From positions 2,852,001 through 2,916,000 of the forward strand of contig CATNEN010000008.1 of NCBI GenBank assembly GCA_950097015.1: DNA of 64,000 nt. The letters are read 5' to 3'. The notes below the pieces were generated by a model. That model had not been told where the DNA came from, made no database searches, and worked only from the letters and a program-made list of their open reading frames with translations. Shown here piece by piece: positions 1-12,756 of the stretch. Source of the DNA: Macrostomum hystrix (lineage: Eukaryota; Animalia; Platyhelminthes). The position numbers were made by a program, and so were the translations under genes. Numbering within the stretch: the first letter of the stretch is position 1; each line of letters begins with the position of its first letter.

Positions 1-554
1 GCGGCAGGAGAGAGATAGAGAGAGCCAACAAGGCTTTGAGCACACATATCAATCATTTCGATGCAGCTTTACGCACAGGACCGATCAAATTTTGAGTCAG
101 AGCGGGAGACACTCAATTGGTAGCGAGTAGTGGGCACTGGCTAGTGCGAAATGAGCGATGGACAAATTGTGCTACTTGTGGAAGTCCAGTATATGAATGT
201 AGTATATTTAAGCAGACTAGAACTAATTAAGATTATTAAGATTAATAGGTAAAGATAGGAAATTTGTCAGATAGACTTAGACAATAGAGATGGGACAGTT
301 TAGAGTAATAAGTGAGTGAAATAATGTGAAATAGCAGGAAATGAGTGAAGAAGTGAAGAGTGAAGAAAGTGAAATAAATTTCATCGTAGAGTTTAGACTC
401 AAAATAGGAGACGATATGTATCGAAAAAGTAATAACTAGAGAAATGGTTTTATGAAAATTTCAGAGTCTTATATAAATTTTGGGTAGGAAAGAGGATATG
501 AAAAAGTCACTGTTAAGTCCCATTTTTGTATGTCCGAATTCTGTAGTTAGGCTA

Positions 555-783
555 CACACGCACACAGATACCGTACGCAGGCACACACTCACACAGGTTT
601 TCTCATCGTCTGGCAGTGTACACTCTCACTGTGCCTTGGAGGTTGGCCCTCATGGGCGTAAATTGCACGACAAGCCCCCAAGCCTTTTTATCGCGGCTGC
701 GCCCCAAATAATTGTGGCCTGGCCGCGGAATCGAGCTCAGGGACCATGGCGCGAGAGGCAAACGCGTTAACCGCTCTGCCACC
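555..783 (-). mobile_element. tRNA-derived SINE copy 1 (5' head intact, 3' part missing)
   Basis: The minus strand starts GGTGGCAGAGCGGTTAACGCG (A-box-like) then GAGCTCGATTCC (B-box-like). The same sequence recurs at about 7838-8160 and 62878-63140. Confidence 0.75.
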
Positions 784-1686
784 GATTCCCATGTGGATGG
801 ATAGAATGGATAGAATGGATAGAATGGATAGAAATAATCATTGTCGGGCCAAATAAACAGCTAGTGACAAAGCCGCAGCTATTTATTCATAAATTAATGG
901 ACATTAACAGGATTTAATAAAAAATATTCAGATCTCACCGATGAGAACATTGTCGATCTGGTATCAAATAGAATACCGAAAATAAATCTATATTTATTGC
1001 TAGTCTGGGTTAAATACTAAATTTCAAACAGTCGGTTGTCCACAGACAAGAGTCTGTAAAGTATAATATAAAGCTGCAGTTGGACGGGCTGTGAATAGGA
1101 AACTGGAGGCTGTGGACAATGCAAGGAATAGGTAGAGAGGGTAACAGAACTGACGTGGCCCAGCCAATCACCAATGATAGGTCAAATCTATCGGCTATTG
1201 GCTGCCGTTTTGTACTTTAAAACATTCATTCTCATGCACGAAATTCCCCTCCATTCTCTGGGATTATTTTATGTCGACAAAAATGACGCGAACGGATATT
1301 GAGGCGTCAATGAGTTCGAGCTAATGGGAGATTAATGGGATTTTGCGAGTTAGCTAGCGAGTGGAGCCGGTGTCAAATAATCCCAACAGGGTCTCAGTAG
1401 AGGCCAGGCGAGGCCACTAGAAGCTTGAGTGCAACAATCTGGGACATCCACCTGCGTAAGCAACCAACTGAAATATTGCAACGGAAGAAAGCTAGATTAA
1501 AAGAACATATCGGATTTTGGTGAAAGCTTGTTGTGCCAATGCAGAATTGACACACAGGTGGTTGTGCATCTTAACAATTTAAACATTTAAACATGTATAA
1601 AAGTGAACAAAATGACTTTGTTTTGATAAAGTTATACACGTTAATCGTTAAAAATAGTGAGAAACACAACAGGAACACTAACACAC

Positions 1687-2303
1687 AGGTTAGTAGGGAT
1701 CACAGGATAGTAGGGATCACAGGATAGTAGGGATCACAGGATAGTAGGGATCACAGGATAGTAGGGATCACAGGATAGTAGGGATCACAGGTTAGTAGGG
1801 ATCACAGGATAGTAGGGATCACAGGTTAGTAGGGATCACAGGATAGTAGGGATCACAGGATAGTAGGGATCACAGGTTAGTAGGGATCACAGGTTAGTAG
1901 GGATCACAGGATAGTAGGGATCACAGGTTAGTAGGGATCACAGGTTAGTAGGGATCACAGGTTAGTAGGGATCACAGGTTAGTAGGGATCACAGGATAGT
2001 AGGGATCACTGGATAGTAGGGATCACAGGTTAGTAGGGATCACAGGTTAGTAGGGATCACAGGTTAGTAGGGATCACAGGATAGTAGGGATCACAGGTTA
2101 GTAGGGATCACAGGATAGTAGGGATCACAGGATGGGAGGGATCACACAGGATGGGAGGGATCACACAGGATTGGAGGGATCACACAGGATGGGAGGGATC
2201 ACACAGGATGGGAGGGATCACACAGGATGGGAGGGATCACACAGGATGGGAGGGATCACACAGGATGGGAGGGATCACACAGGATGGGAGGGATCACACA
2301 GGA
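1687..2303. repeat. Minisatellite: 17-bp TAGTAGGGATCACAGGA switching at about 2131 to 19-bp TGGGAGGGATCACACAGGA
   Basis: Units read directly from the sequence. Confidence 0.95.
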
Positions 2304-2792
2304 CTGTTACAATCATATAAATCTAGGAGCAAACGAAACTGAATAGATTACAGATGAATGAAGGATTTATATTGCAGGAGCGAACAGTAGAATTTCGTAT
2401 GCAGAAGGCAACCATTTTTTTGTTTAGAATAGAGAAATAACACAACAGAAACACAGACACACGGACCCGACCAGGCCATTCTGTCAACTAAAGCTGCGTT
2501 ACATATGAAGGATTCGTATGTTTCAAACACACGAACTCGCACACACAGCATTTGCTGCAATTTCCCCTGCTGCTGCTGCTGCTGCCGCTGCTGCTGCTGC
2601 TGTACCTATCAAAACCAAATCTTCAATCCCATCCTATTTTTTTTTCTGAAAAAAAGAAGCGGAAACCTCCAGGTTCCATTTGGTGAAATACTTTTTAAAG
2701 CTCCCCAATGGGCCATTAGAGAATGCGCGGAATGCCGCGGACGAACCACAGCGCCTATATCGGTCCAGCGGAATTAGAGGCCACCCAGGCGT

Positions 2793-3860
2793 GACTGACT
2801 GACTCACACACACACACTCACACACTCACTCACACACTCACTCACCCACTCACTCAGTCACTCACTCACTCACTCACTCACTCATACACTCACTCACTCA
2901 GTCACTCACTCACTCACACACAATCACACACTCAGTCACACTGCACGACAAGTGTGACTGAGTCACTCAGTCACTCACTCAATCACTCACTCACACACTC
3001 ACTCACTCAGTCACTCACACACTCACTCACTCACTCAGTCACTCACTCACTCAGGCACTCACTCACACACTCACTCACTCACTCACACACTCACTCACTC
3101 ACTCACTCACACACTCACTCAGTCACTCACACACTCACTCACTCACTTACTCAGTCACTCACTCACTCAGGCACTAACTCACACACTCACTCACTCACTC
3201 ACACACTCACTCACTCACTCACTCAGTCACTCACACACACACACTCACTCACTCACTCAGTCACTCACTCACACACACACTCACTCACTCACTCAGTCAC
3301 TCACTCAGAGTCACTCACTCAGTCACTCACTCAGAGTCACTCACTCAGTCACTCACTCAGTCACTCACTCAGTCACTCACTCACTCAGTCACTCACTCAC
3401 TCACTCACTCAGTCACTCACTCACACACTCACTCACTCACACACTCACTCACACACTCACTCAGTCACTCAGTCACTCACACACTCACACACACACTCAC
3501 TCACTCAGTCACTCACTCAGAGTCACTCACACACTCACTCACTCACTCAGTCACTCACTCACTCACACACACATTCACTCACTCAGTCACTCACTCAGAG
3601 TCACTCACTCACTCACTCACTCACTCAGAGTCACTCACTCAGAGTCACTCACTCACTCACTCAGAGTCACTCACTCACTCACTCAGAGTCACTCACTCAC
3701 TCACTCACTCAGTCACTCACTCACTCACTCACTCACTCACTCACTCACTTAGAGTCACTCACTCAGAGTCACTCACTCACTCACTCAGAGTCACTCACTC
3801 ACTCACTCAGAGTCACTCACTCAGAGTCACTCACTCAGTCACTCACTCACTCACTCACTA
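2793..3860. repeat. (TCAC)n-based microsatellite
   Basis: TCAC/ACAC/TCAG units. Explains spurious ORF 2954-3970. Confidence 0.95.
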
Positions 3861-4499
3861 GACTGGCAGACAGACAGACAAGCGAACAGAGGCGGACCAA
3901 TTCAAAGCATTTTACAACACGGATTTCAAAGCTTCGAAGCCATATAGCTTGTGCGCAAATCTCTCCTTAAAAATTGTAGTTTTGTCAATCCGTTTGCGAA
4001 TCAAGCATTAAACAAGAGAAATAACAAAAAGCAACACAAACACAGCTTAATGAACATTTATTGCTATAAAATTGTAAGCCGAACCCGACTGCCTGACAGA
4101 CCCAGGTTGGGCGACCTCCCTCCCATCCTGTTAGGAGCGCTTTTGGGCAGCGTTGTCAAGGGCCAAGCTACGTATAATGTCACTCAGCACCCTAAACCAA
4201 TTGTTAAAACCAAACAAAGGTATCTACTAAAATAGTACAGGATTATAACTGCAAATTTAACAATAGGAAAAATCTAGACGGCAAGGAGAATTGGAACGCC
4301 CGTATTAGGGCAAAAGGAAGAAAAATACTCGGGCTAAGGCTGCATGCATGAATTGTGAATTTTACCTCGAAGAGAGGGGAACAGACAAGAAACGACATTG
4401 CAACGAGATTTCAAAGACAGAGTACATACACTTAGCGACTGCAGATGACAAAAGAAAGAAAATAGGGAGGAGGAAAGGACAGAGTAGAGACAAAACAGA

Positions 4500-6760
4500 A
4501 GATGCGAGGGATCACAGAGGATGGAATGGATCACACAGGATGGGAGGGATCACACAGGATGGGAGGGATCACACAGGATGTGAGGGATCACACAGGATGG
4601 GAGGGATCACACAGGATGGGAGGGATCACACAGGATGGGAGGGATCACACAGGATGTGAGGGATCACACAGGATGGGAGGGATCACACAGGATGGGAGGG
4701 ATCACACAGGATGGGAGGGATCACACAGGATGTGAGGGATCACACAGGATGTGAGGGATCACACAGGATGGGAGGGATCACACAGGATGGGATGGATCAC
4801 ACAGGATGGGAGGGATCACACAGAATGGGATGGATCACACAGGATGGGAGGGATCACACAGGATGGGAGGGATCACACAGGATGGGAGGGATCACACAGG
4901 ATGGGAGGGATCACACAGGATGGGAGGGACCACACAGGATGGGAGGGATCACACAGGATGGGAGGGATCACACAGGATGGGAGGGATCACACAGGATGTG
5001 AGGGATCACACAGGATGGGAGGGATCACACAGGGGATGGGAGGGATCACACAGGATGGGAGGGATCACACAGGATGGGAGGGATCACACAGGATGGGAGG
5101 GATCACACAGGATGGGAGGGACCACACAGGATGGGAGGGATCACACAGGATGGGAGGGATCACACAGGATGGGAGGGATCACACAGGATGGGAGGGATCA
5201 CACAGGATGGGAGGGACCACACAGGATGGGAGGGATCACACAGGATGGGAGGGATCACACAGGATGGGAGGGATCACACAGGATGGGAGGGATCACACAG
5301 GATGGGAGGGATCACACAGGATGGGAGGGATCACACAGGATGGGAGGGATCACACAGGATGGGAGGGATCACACAGGATGGGAGGGATCACACAGGATGT
5401 AAGGGATCACACAGGATGTGAGGGATCACACAGGATGTGAGGGATCACACAGGATGAGAGGCATCACACAGGATGGGAGGGATCACAGAGGATGGAATGG
5501 ATCACACAGGATGGAAGGAATCACACAGGATGGAATGGATCACACAGGATGGGAGGGATCAAACAGGATGGGAAGGATCACAGGGGATGGGAGGGATCAC
5601 ACAGGATGTAAGGGATCACACAGGATTGGAGGGATCACACAGGATGGGAGGGATCACAAGGGAAGGGAGAGATCACACAGGATGGGAGGGATCACACAAG
5701 ATGGGAGGGATCACACAGGATGGGAGGGATCACACAGGATGGGAGGGATCACACAGGATGGGAGGGATCACACAGGATGGGATGGATCACACAGGATGGG
5801 AGGGATCACAGAGGATGGAATGGATCACACAGGATGGGAGGGATCACACAGGATGGGAGGGATCACACAGGATGGGAGGGATCACACAGGATGGGATGGA
5901 TCACAGAAGATGGGAGGGATCACACAGGATGGGAGGGATCACAGGGGATGGGAGGGATCACACAGGATGTAAAGGATCACACAGGATGGGAGGGATCACA
6001 CAGGATGGGAGGGATCACAGGGGATGGGAGAGATCACACAGGATGGGAGGGATCACAGGGGATGGGATGGATCACAGAGGATGGAATAGATCACACAGGA
6101 TGGGAGGGATCACACAGGATGGGAGGGATCACACAGGGGATGGGAGGGATCACACAGGATGAGAGGCATCACACAGGATGGGAGGGATCACAGAGGATGG
6201 AATGGATCACACAGGATGGGAGGGATCACACAGGATGGGATGGATCACACAGGATGGAATGGATCACACAGGATGGGAGGGATCAAACAGGATGGGAGGG
6301 ATCACAGGGGATGGGAGGGATCACACAGGATGGGAGGCATCACACAGGATGTAAGGGATCACACAGGATGTAAGGGATCACACAGGATGGGAGGGATCAC
6401 AGAGGATGGAATGGATCACACAGGATGGGAGGGATCACACAGGATGGGAGGGATCACACAGGATGGGAGGGATCACACAGGATGGGAGGGATCACACAGG
6501 ATGGGAGGGATCACACAGGATGTGAGGGATCACAGGTGATGGGAGGGATCACACAGGATGGGAGGGATCACACAGGATGGGAGAGATCACACAGGATAAG
6601 AGGGATCACACAGGATGGGAGGGATCACACAGGATGGGAGGGATCACACAGGATGGGAGGCATCACACAGGATGGGGGGATCACACAGGATGAGAGGGAT
6701 CACACAGGATGGGAGGGATCACACAGGATGGGAGGGATCACACAAGATGTGAGGGATCGT
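4500..6760. repeat. 19-bp minisatellite TGGGAGGGATCACACAGGA
   Basis: Same unit as 2131-2303. Explains the MGGITQDGRDHTGWEGSHR ORFs. Confidence 0.95.
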
Positions 6761-7837
6761 GCAGGATTGTTCATACAATATGGGAGCATAGAACAGGCAA
6801 AGGGATTACGAGTACACGTGGATGGGATCCATAACGCATACGCCAATTCATTACTTAGATCTAAGAAACAGAGCAGAGGCAGAGACCCTGGCAGGTAGTT
6901 TGTTCTACAATATATGATGATGCTGCCTCATTGGATTCATTCAATCGTGAAATAAAACACAAAGGTAGGGAAGCAGAGCGATGAACAGAAATGCGGGATG
7001 CCGCTGGCCTGGGATGAAGCAGTTCGAAGTTATGCGGGACAGAATTAGAATTCACAGGGACTGAGACCTCAGATGGGGGAATAGATCTATAGAGCTAGGA
7101 CCAGAAGCTGATCAAGTTCTGAAAGCAGCTAGCTCACTAACTCTGCTTACTACGAGTACAATCTTTGCTTTGTCGAATCAATAGTAGAAAACGCCCCTAA
7201 GCAAGAGACAGAGAGGATTAAATAGCGTGGCCGGCCTGACAACGCTGTCAGGTATTATAAGACAGACCATTGAGCAGTTTTCCCATTTTCTTTAGCTCTT
7301 ACTTATCACCATTGGCCTCGCACAGCGGATGGATCAGCTCGGAGAAGCTAATGGACTTACTAACAAGGTATGGCGGAGGCGGTATTTATAGGGGGAGGGA
7401 GAACAAAGCTGCTCCCATTGCTGACCCAGGCATTCAGCTATGAGGGAGAAAAATTGACGATACGTCCCAGACGGAGCAGGGAAGATTTCTAAATAGTGAC
7501 TAAATGCTAAAAACACGGCCATCATTATCTGCTAGGCAAAAATCACATTTCTTTTAACTGTAAGCGATTCGTTACTATTCGCTGCAAATATCAATAATGG
7601 GGAGAGGCGACTTCTAGGATCCCATTAATTCTTCCCATCGTTTACCTCTCAGTTGACTAAAGCTGACTATCCTAATCCCTCTGTGTTCTCCTTTACTCTC
7701 TTATAGTCCTAATCTCACAATCACTTTTCCTATTCTCCCATGTACTCAAATTTCTCTATATTTAACTCATCTTTCCTGATAATCTTCTTCTCCAAATTTA
7801 CTCTTCGAGTTTTCTTATAATTTATAAAAAATTATTG

Positions 7838-8160
7838 CAGGAGAGCTGCGGGCAACGGCACATCATTTGGTGACACTAGACCCGCAGCTAGCCAGGAGGC
7901 AATTCTGCCCGTTTCGCTGACTCCTGAGCACACACGCACACAGATACCGTACGCAGGCACACACTCACACAGGTTTTCTCATCGTCAGGCAGTGTACACT
8001 CTCACTGTGCTTTGGAGGTTGGCCCTTAAAGGGCGTAAATTGAACGACAAGCCCCCAAGCCTTCTTATCGCGGCTGCCCCCCAAATGAATGTGGCCTCGC
8101 TGCGGAATCGAGCTCAGGGACCTTGGCGCGAGAGGCAACCGCGTTAACCGCTCTGCCACT
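7838..8160 (-). mobile_element. tRNA-derived SINE copy 2 (longest copy, about 320 bp)
   Basis: A/B-box head at 8100-8160. The body matches copy 1, and the 3' part (GCTCAGGAGTCAGCGAAA...AAATGATG) matches copy 3. Confidence 0.75.
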
Positions 8161-10861
8161 GTCACTTAAAGTTTCTTAATCTCATTCATTGCGCACTGTA
8201 AGATCGAAAATCGCCTATGAAAACAGAACATGTCCAAAATGTAGAGTCGAGGTAGAGAACGAAAGTCAAATTCTCTTTAGATGCGATTGGTTCGTTTATG
8301 TTCCAATTAGAAATAAATACAAAGAGAAAGTGGCAGGTATTGTTCGTATTTTCGAAAGCTAACAGCTGATGACAAAATTGTGAAATTTAGTGACACAGGA
8401 AGCACAGAATTAACAGAAAGTTTTGTGGACTTCATAGAAAGCATAATTAAAGCAAGATAAAAAAGCCACTGCCCTGAGGCCCATAGTTGGAATGCTTGAT
8501 TATAGTTTGAGTTTGAGTTTTGTATTTTATCGTAACTCGCAAAAACACAATAGCTATTCACCTTTCGTGAGCGAAGTGATTTCAGTTGCAGTTTTAATTT
8601 TCTCTTTAAATTTAAATTTTTTGTTTTTTGTTTTAATGCCTCTGTTTACAAATTTCAAATATTTTATTCACCTAAAATTAATCTTCAGCATGCTACCGTT
8701 TTTCTATCGCCATTTTTTTTAAATCGAATTGTTCATCATTGTTACCAACATCAAATAAACAAAAAATCAGCACCCAATCGGCGTGCGCACTACAATAATA
8801 ATAATAATAATAATAATCCCCAAATTCTTTTTTTAACCTCACTCTCATTCATTCATTTCTCCGATGCAGTAATTTATCCAATCCCTAACTCGTGATCCAT
8901 AACTAGTTTTTCGTGATCAATTATTTACACGCAAATTATGGAAATTGATTTCAGCCTATAATTCAGCCTTCTAAAAACAGCTAATTGAAGTGGCATTTAA
9001 TCATTTTATGCCTTCAGTATAAAATGATACTCGAGGACGCACGCAGACTCGCGATCTGAGCAACCTAGTTGGAGGCAGTGAAAATTCATAAATTTCAGCG
9101 ACAATAATATACCCGCGCGTCGTTATCGCATTCGACCAGTAGCTGGCGAGGTAGGCTTAGTAGAGGGTAAGAAATGCTTTTTAAGTTATTTTTGTTGAAG
9201 CAGCACTGCATTGCTGCCTAACAGAAATTAATGAAGTGGAACGTAGTTAGTTGTATGTCAGCTATTGTTATAGGACACCAGGCGAATACCCACTAGACAA
9301 AGTCGAGACAAAGTCGATTTTTCCCTGGGGAAAAACCACGGGGGGGAATTTAAAATAACCACTGCCTAATTCACGATAGCTCATAAAAAACCAGATAACC
9401 CTTTTTCATGAAATTCCACCACCTTTACGATGAACTAACTTTCAAAGCCGATGTCAACATCGTCGAGATATTCAGCGATTCTTGTGGAAGACCCTGGTGA
9501 CAAGGACAACTGATATTGTTATGTATAAACCTCTTTGTTGGTGGTTTTTGACAACAGACACCCCGACTAGAACCGTTGAACGATACCGATTTTTTGTGAT
9601 TCTGGAAGTTGCTCCATCGGATAAAGCCCGTGTTCTGGATTTTCATAGCCATAGGTTTATTTTGGGAGATAAAGAAAAAAAGATAAATGTTGGTATTTGA
9701 AATATCCCCTTTCTACTCTTAACTATTATTAATTACCTAATTTTAAGGCAGCGCGTTAAATGGAATGAAGAAAAACACAGGCTAAGATTATTTATATATG
9801 TGCCAACACTGCCAAATCCTGTCACATTTTCTATCACAAATATTTCTTCTCCCGAGTCTGTCCTCAGATTAGATAAATCCCCTCTTAATCAGGGATAACA
9901 AGCCACTTTATCCTCACTGGCAGATGGCTTAATAAGGCAAAGGCAAGGCAATGGCTGGGCACGAGCGAAGAGTGCAAGCACCTGTTATGCAGTTGTCATG
10001 CGGCTTGCAACGATTACTAATTTGGTAACTAGGGGAAAAAGCATGTAGGCCAATTTTGTTCAATTAATTTAAATGAAAACAGGACTAATAAACAGACAAT
10101 TTTGTCATATTTGCAACATATCGATCAATACAGTCTATGGCCAAAACCTGATGAAGATAAATTTAATACTAACTCAAATAGATAAATTAAGTACATTGCT
10201 CAAGGCTGCGATTCGAACTTCAGACCTTTCTTTGAGAATTCCTAAGCTTCAACTACTTGTTCTTCTAAAACCTCATGATGGAATTAAGTACTTCGGCACG
10301 GAAAATTTCATATTCCATAAGCATCTCTCTCAAAAATTGCCGAATGAAAATCAAACATCAAAAGATAATGATTAGAATTTTAATTACAGTAGAAACGGAT
10401 AGATTTAGAACAGCAGGCAGTGACTGGCTTTTTAATCTAAACTAATTTTTCTCCTAACTTGGCATCAAAATTGATCAGCCAACCAAATAGGATGTGAAGC
10501 TTTCTCTTCCTGTTTCATGAGAACACTTGAGGTTCAAGTCGGAGTGAAGGGGCCTTTTATTGCGCTAGTCTTATATACTAAAATTCTATAACTAAATTCA
10601 TTTTTAAACAATTTTACGCACAACCCGTTTTTACTTTATTTAAAAACGATTTTTTTCTACAACAATGCAAGAACAAGCTCTACAGCATTGGCGACACAAG
10701 TCTGCGCGTAGTCTAAGAGTACAAAAGCAGGACTAGTGTGTCATTTTTTAAAGCAATTTATACTTAAATGTCTAAAATTATATCTTGCTTCAGGAGTCTG
10801 TATATGACTCATCGCAATCGGAATCTCATTTAAAAACCATCTAGATTTTGGAGATTGTTGA

Positions 10862-12018
10862 GGGAATCTATGGGGATTTTTCTGGAGACAATTGTGGAAA
10901 TCCATGGGGATTATTCTGGAAAATGCTGTGGAAACCAATGGGGATTATTCTGGAAAATGCTGTGGAAATCCATGGGGATTAGTCTGGAAAATGCTGTGGA
11001 GACCAATGGGGATTAGTCTGGAAAATGCTGTGGAAACCTATGGGGGATTAGTCTGGAAAATGCTGTGGAAACCTATGGGGGATTAGTCTGGAAAATGCTG
11101 TGGAAATCCATGGGGATTAGTCTAGAAAATGCTGTGGAAATCCATGGGGATTAGTCTGGAAAATGCTGTGGAAATCCATGGGGATTAGTCTGGAAAATGC
11201 TGTGGAAACCTATGGGGATTAGTCTGGAAAATGCTGTGGAAACCTATGGGGGATTAGTCTGGAAAATGCTGTGGAAACCTATGGGGGATTAGTCTGGAAA
11301 ATGCTGTGGAAATCCATGGGGATTAGTCTGGAAAATGCTGTGGAAATCCATGGGGATTAGTCTAGAAAATGCTGTGGAAATCCATGGGGATTAGTCTGGA
11401 AAATGCAGTGGAAATCCATGGGGATTAGTCTGGAAAATGCAGTGGAAACCAATGGGGATTAGTCTGGAAAATGCTGTGGAAATCCATGGGGATTAGTCTG
11501 GAAAATGCTGTGGAAACCTATGGGGGATTAGTCTGGAAAATGCTGTGGAAACCTATGGGGGATTAGTCTGGAAAATGCTGTGGAAATCCATGGGGATTAG
11601 TCTGGAAAATGCTGTGGAAATCCATGGGGATTAGTCTGGAAAATGCTGTGGAAATCCATGGGGATTAGTCTAGAAAATGCTGTGGAAATCCATGGGGATT
11701 AGTCTAGAAAATGCTGTGGAAATCCATGGGGATTAGTCTGGAAAATGCTGTGGAAATCCATGGGGATTAGTCTGGAAAATGCTGTGGAAATCCATGGGGA
11801 TTAGTCTAGAAAATGCTGTGGAAATCCATGGGGATTAGTCTGGAAAATGCTGTGGAAATCCATGGGGATTAGTCTGGAAAATGCTGTGGAAATCCATGGG
11901 GATTAGTCTGGAAAATGCTGTGGAAATCCATGGGGATTAGTCTGGAAAATGCTGTGGAAATCCATGGGGATTAGTCTGGAAAATGCTGTGGAAACCAATG
12001 GGGATTAGTCTGGAAAAT
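10862..12018. repeat. 34-bp minisatellite GGGGATTAGTCTGGAAAATGCTGTGGAAATCCAT
   Basis: 34-nt periodicity read directly. Confidence 0.95.
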
Positions 12019-12756
12019 TGTGCAAAATATGAGAGCTACAATTATGGATTATTTAACAATTGAATTTGAGTTATAAGCTTGTTTCTGTTATGAGATAGCT
12101 TGTATTAAAGCGAACGAATGTTGTAAGCGGCGGATAATGAAATACATAAGAACAACACAAATACCCTGTGTTACAGAAAATGCAATTACATTCAAGCCAG
12201 CCATTTAGAAAATAATCAACCCTCTAAATGCAGTTTAGAGCAAAGTTAAGCAACGCTATGACGTAGCGCGAACTAAACGATTTTACCTGTCCGTATTTCT
12301 CCGGCAACGAAGCCCAGAGGGAGGTGATTTTTTTCAGGCTGACCCTTTGCTTTAGCTTACTACTACTGACAGTAGCGTCGATCGGCGACTATGTAATTTT
12401 GTAGAAAAGAATAAAAAGAATACGTTAAAACTATTTTCTAAGAGTGTGAAGCTCATTAAATTCTCTTATTCAACTCCCGTCGACCGAAAACTGATATTTC
12501 TTCTTGTAACACTTTAGGCGCGCGTATAGATTAAATGGCAATTTATATGCAAATTCATACAACGGCATCCATAGCATAGCATAAATGAGACAATCTGGGT
12601 GAAGAATTGCAAGATTTCGTGCATTTCTGAATAAAAAATAAGCAAAAAGTTATAAGGAAGGGCAATTATTAGCTAAAAATAAAGTACTCAGTGAAACACT
12701 GGGATGCAACTGAAGGCTAATAAAGAATTTGTTTACAAAATTGCTCAAAAACCTAC

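Noticed and set aside
2348-2610. Poly-Gln stretch after a ttttgatag acceptor as a further PDZ-gene exon
   Set aside because: It may be just a (CAG)n microsatellite. There is no convincing donor or domain similarity.
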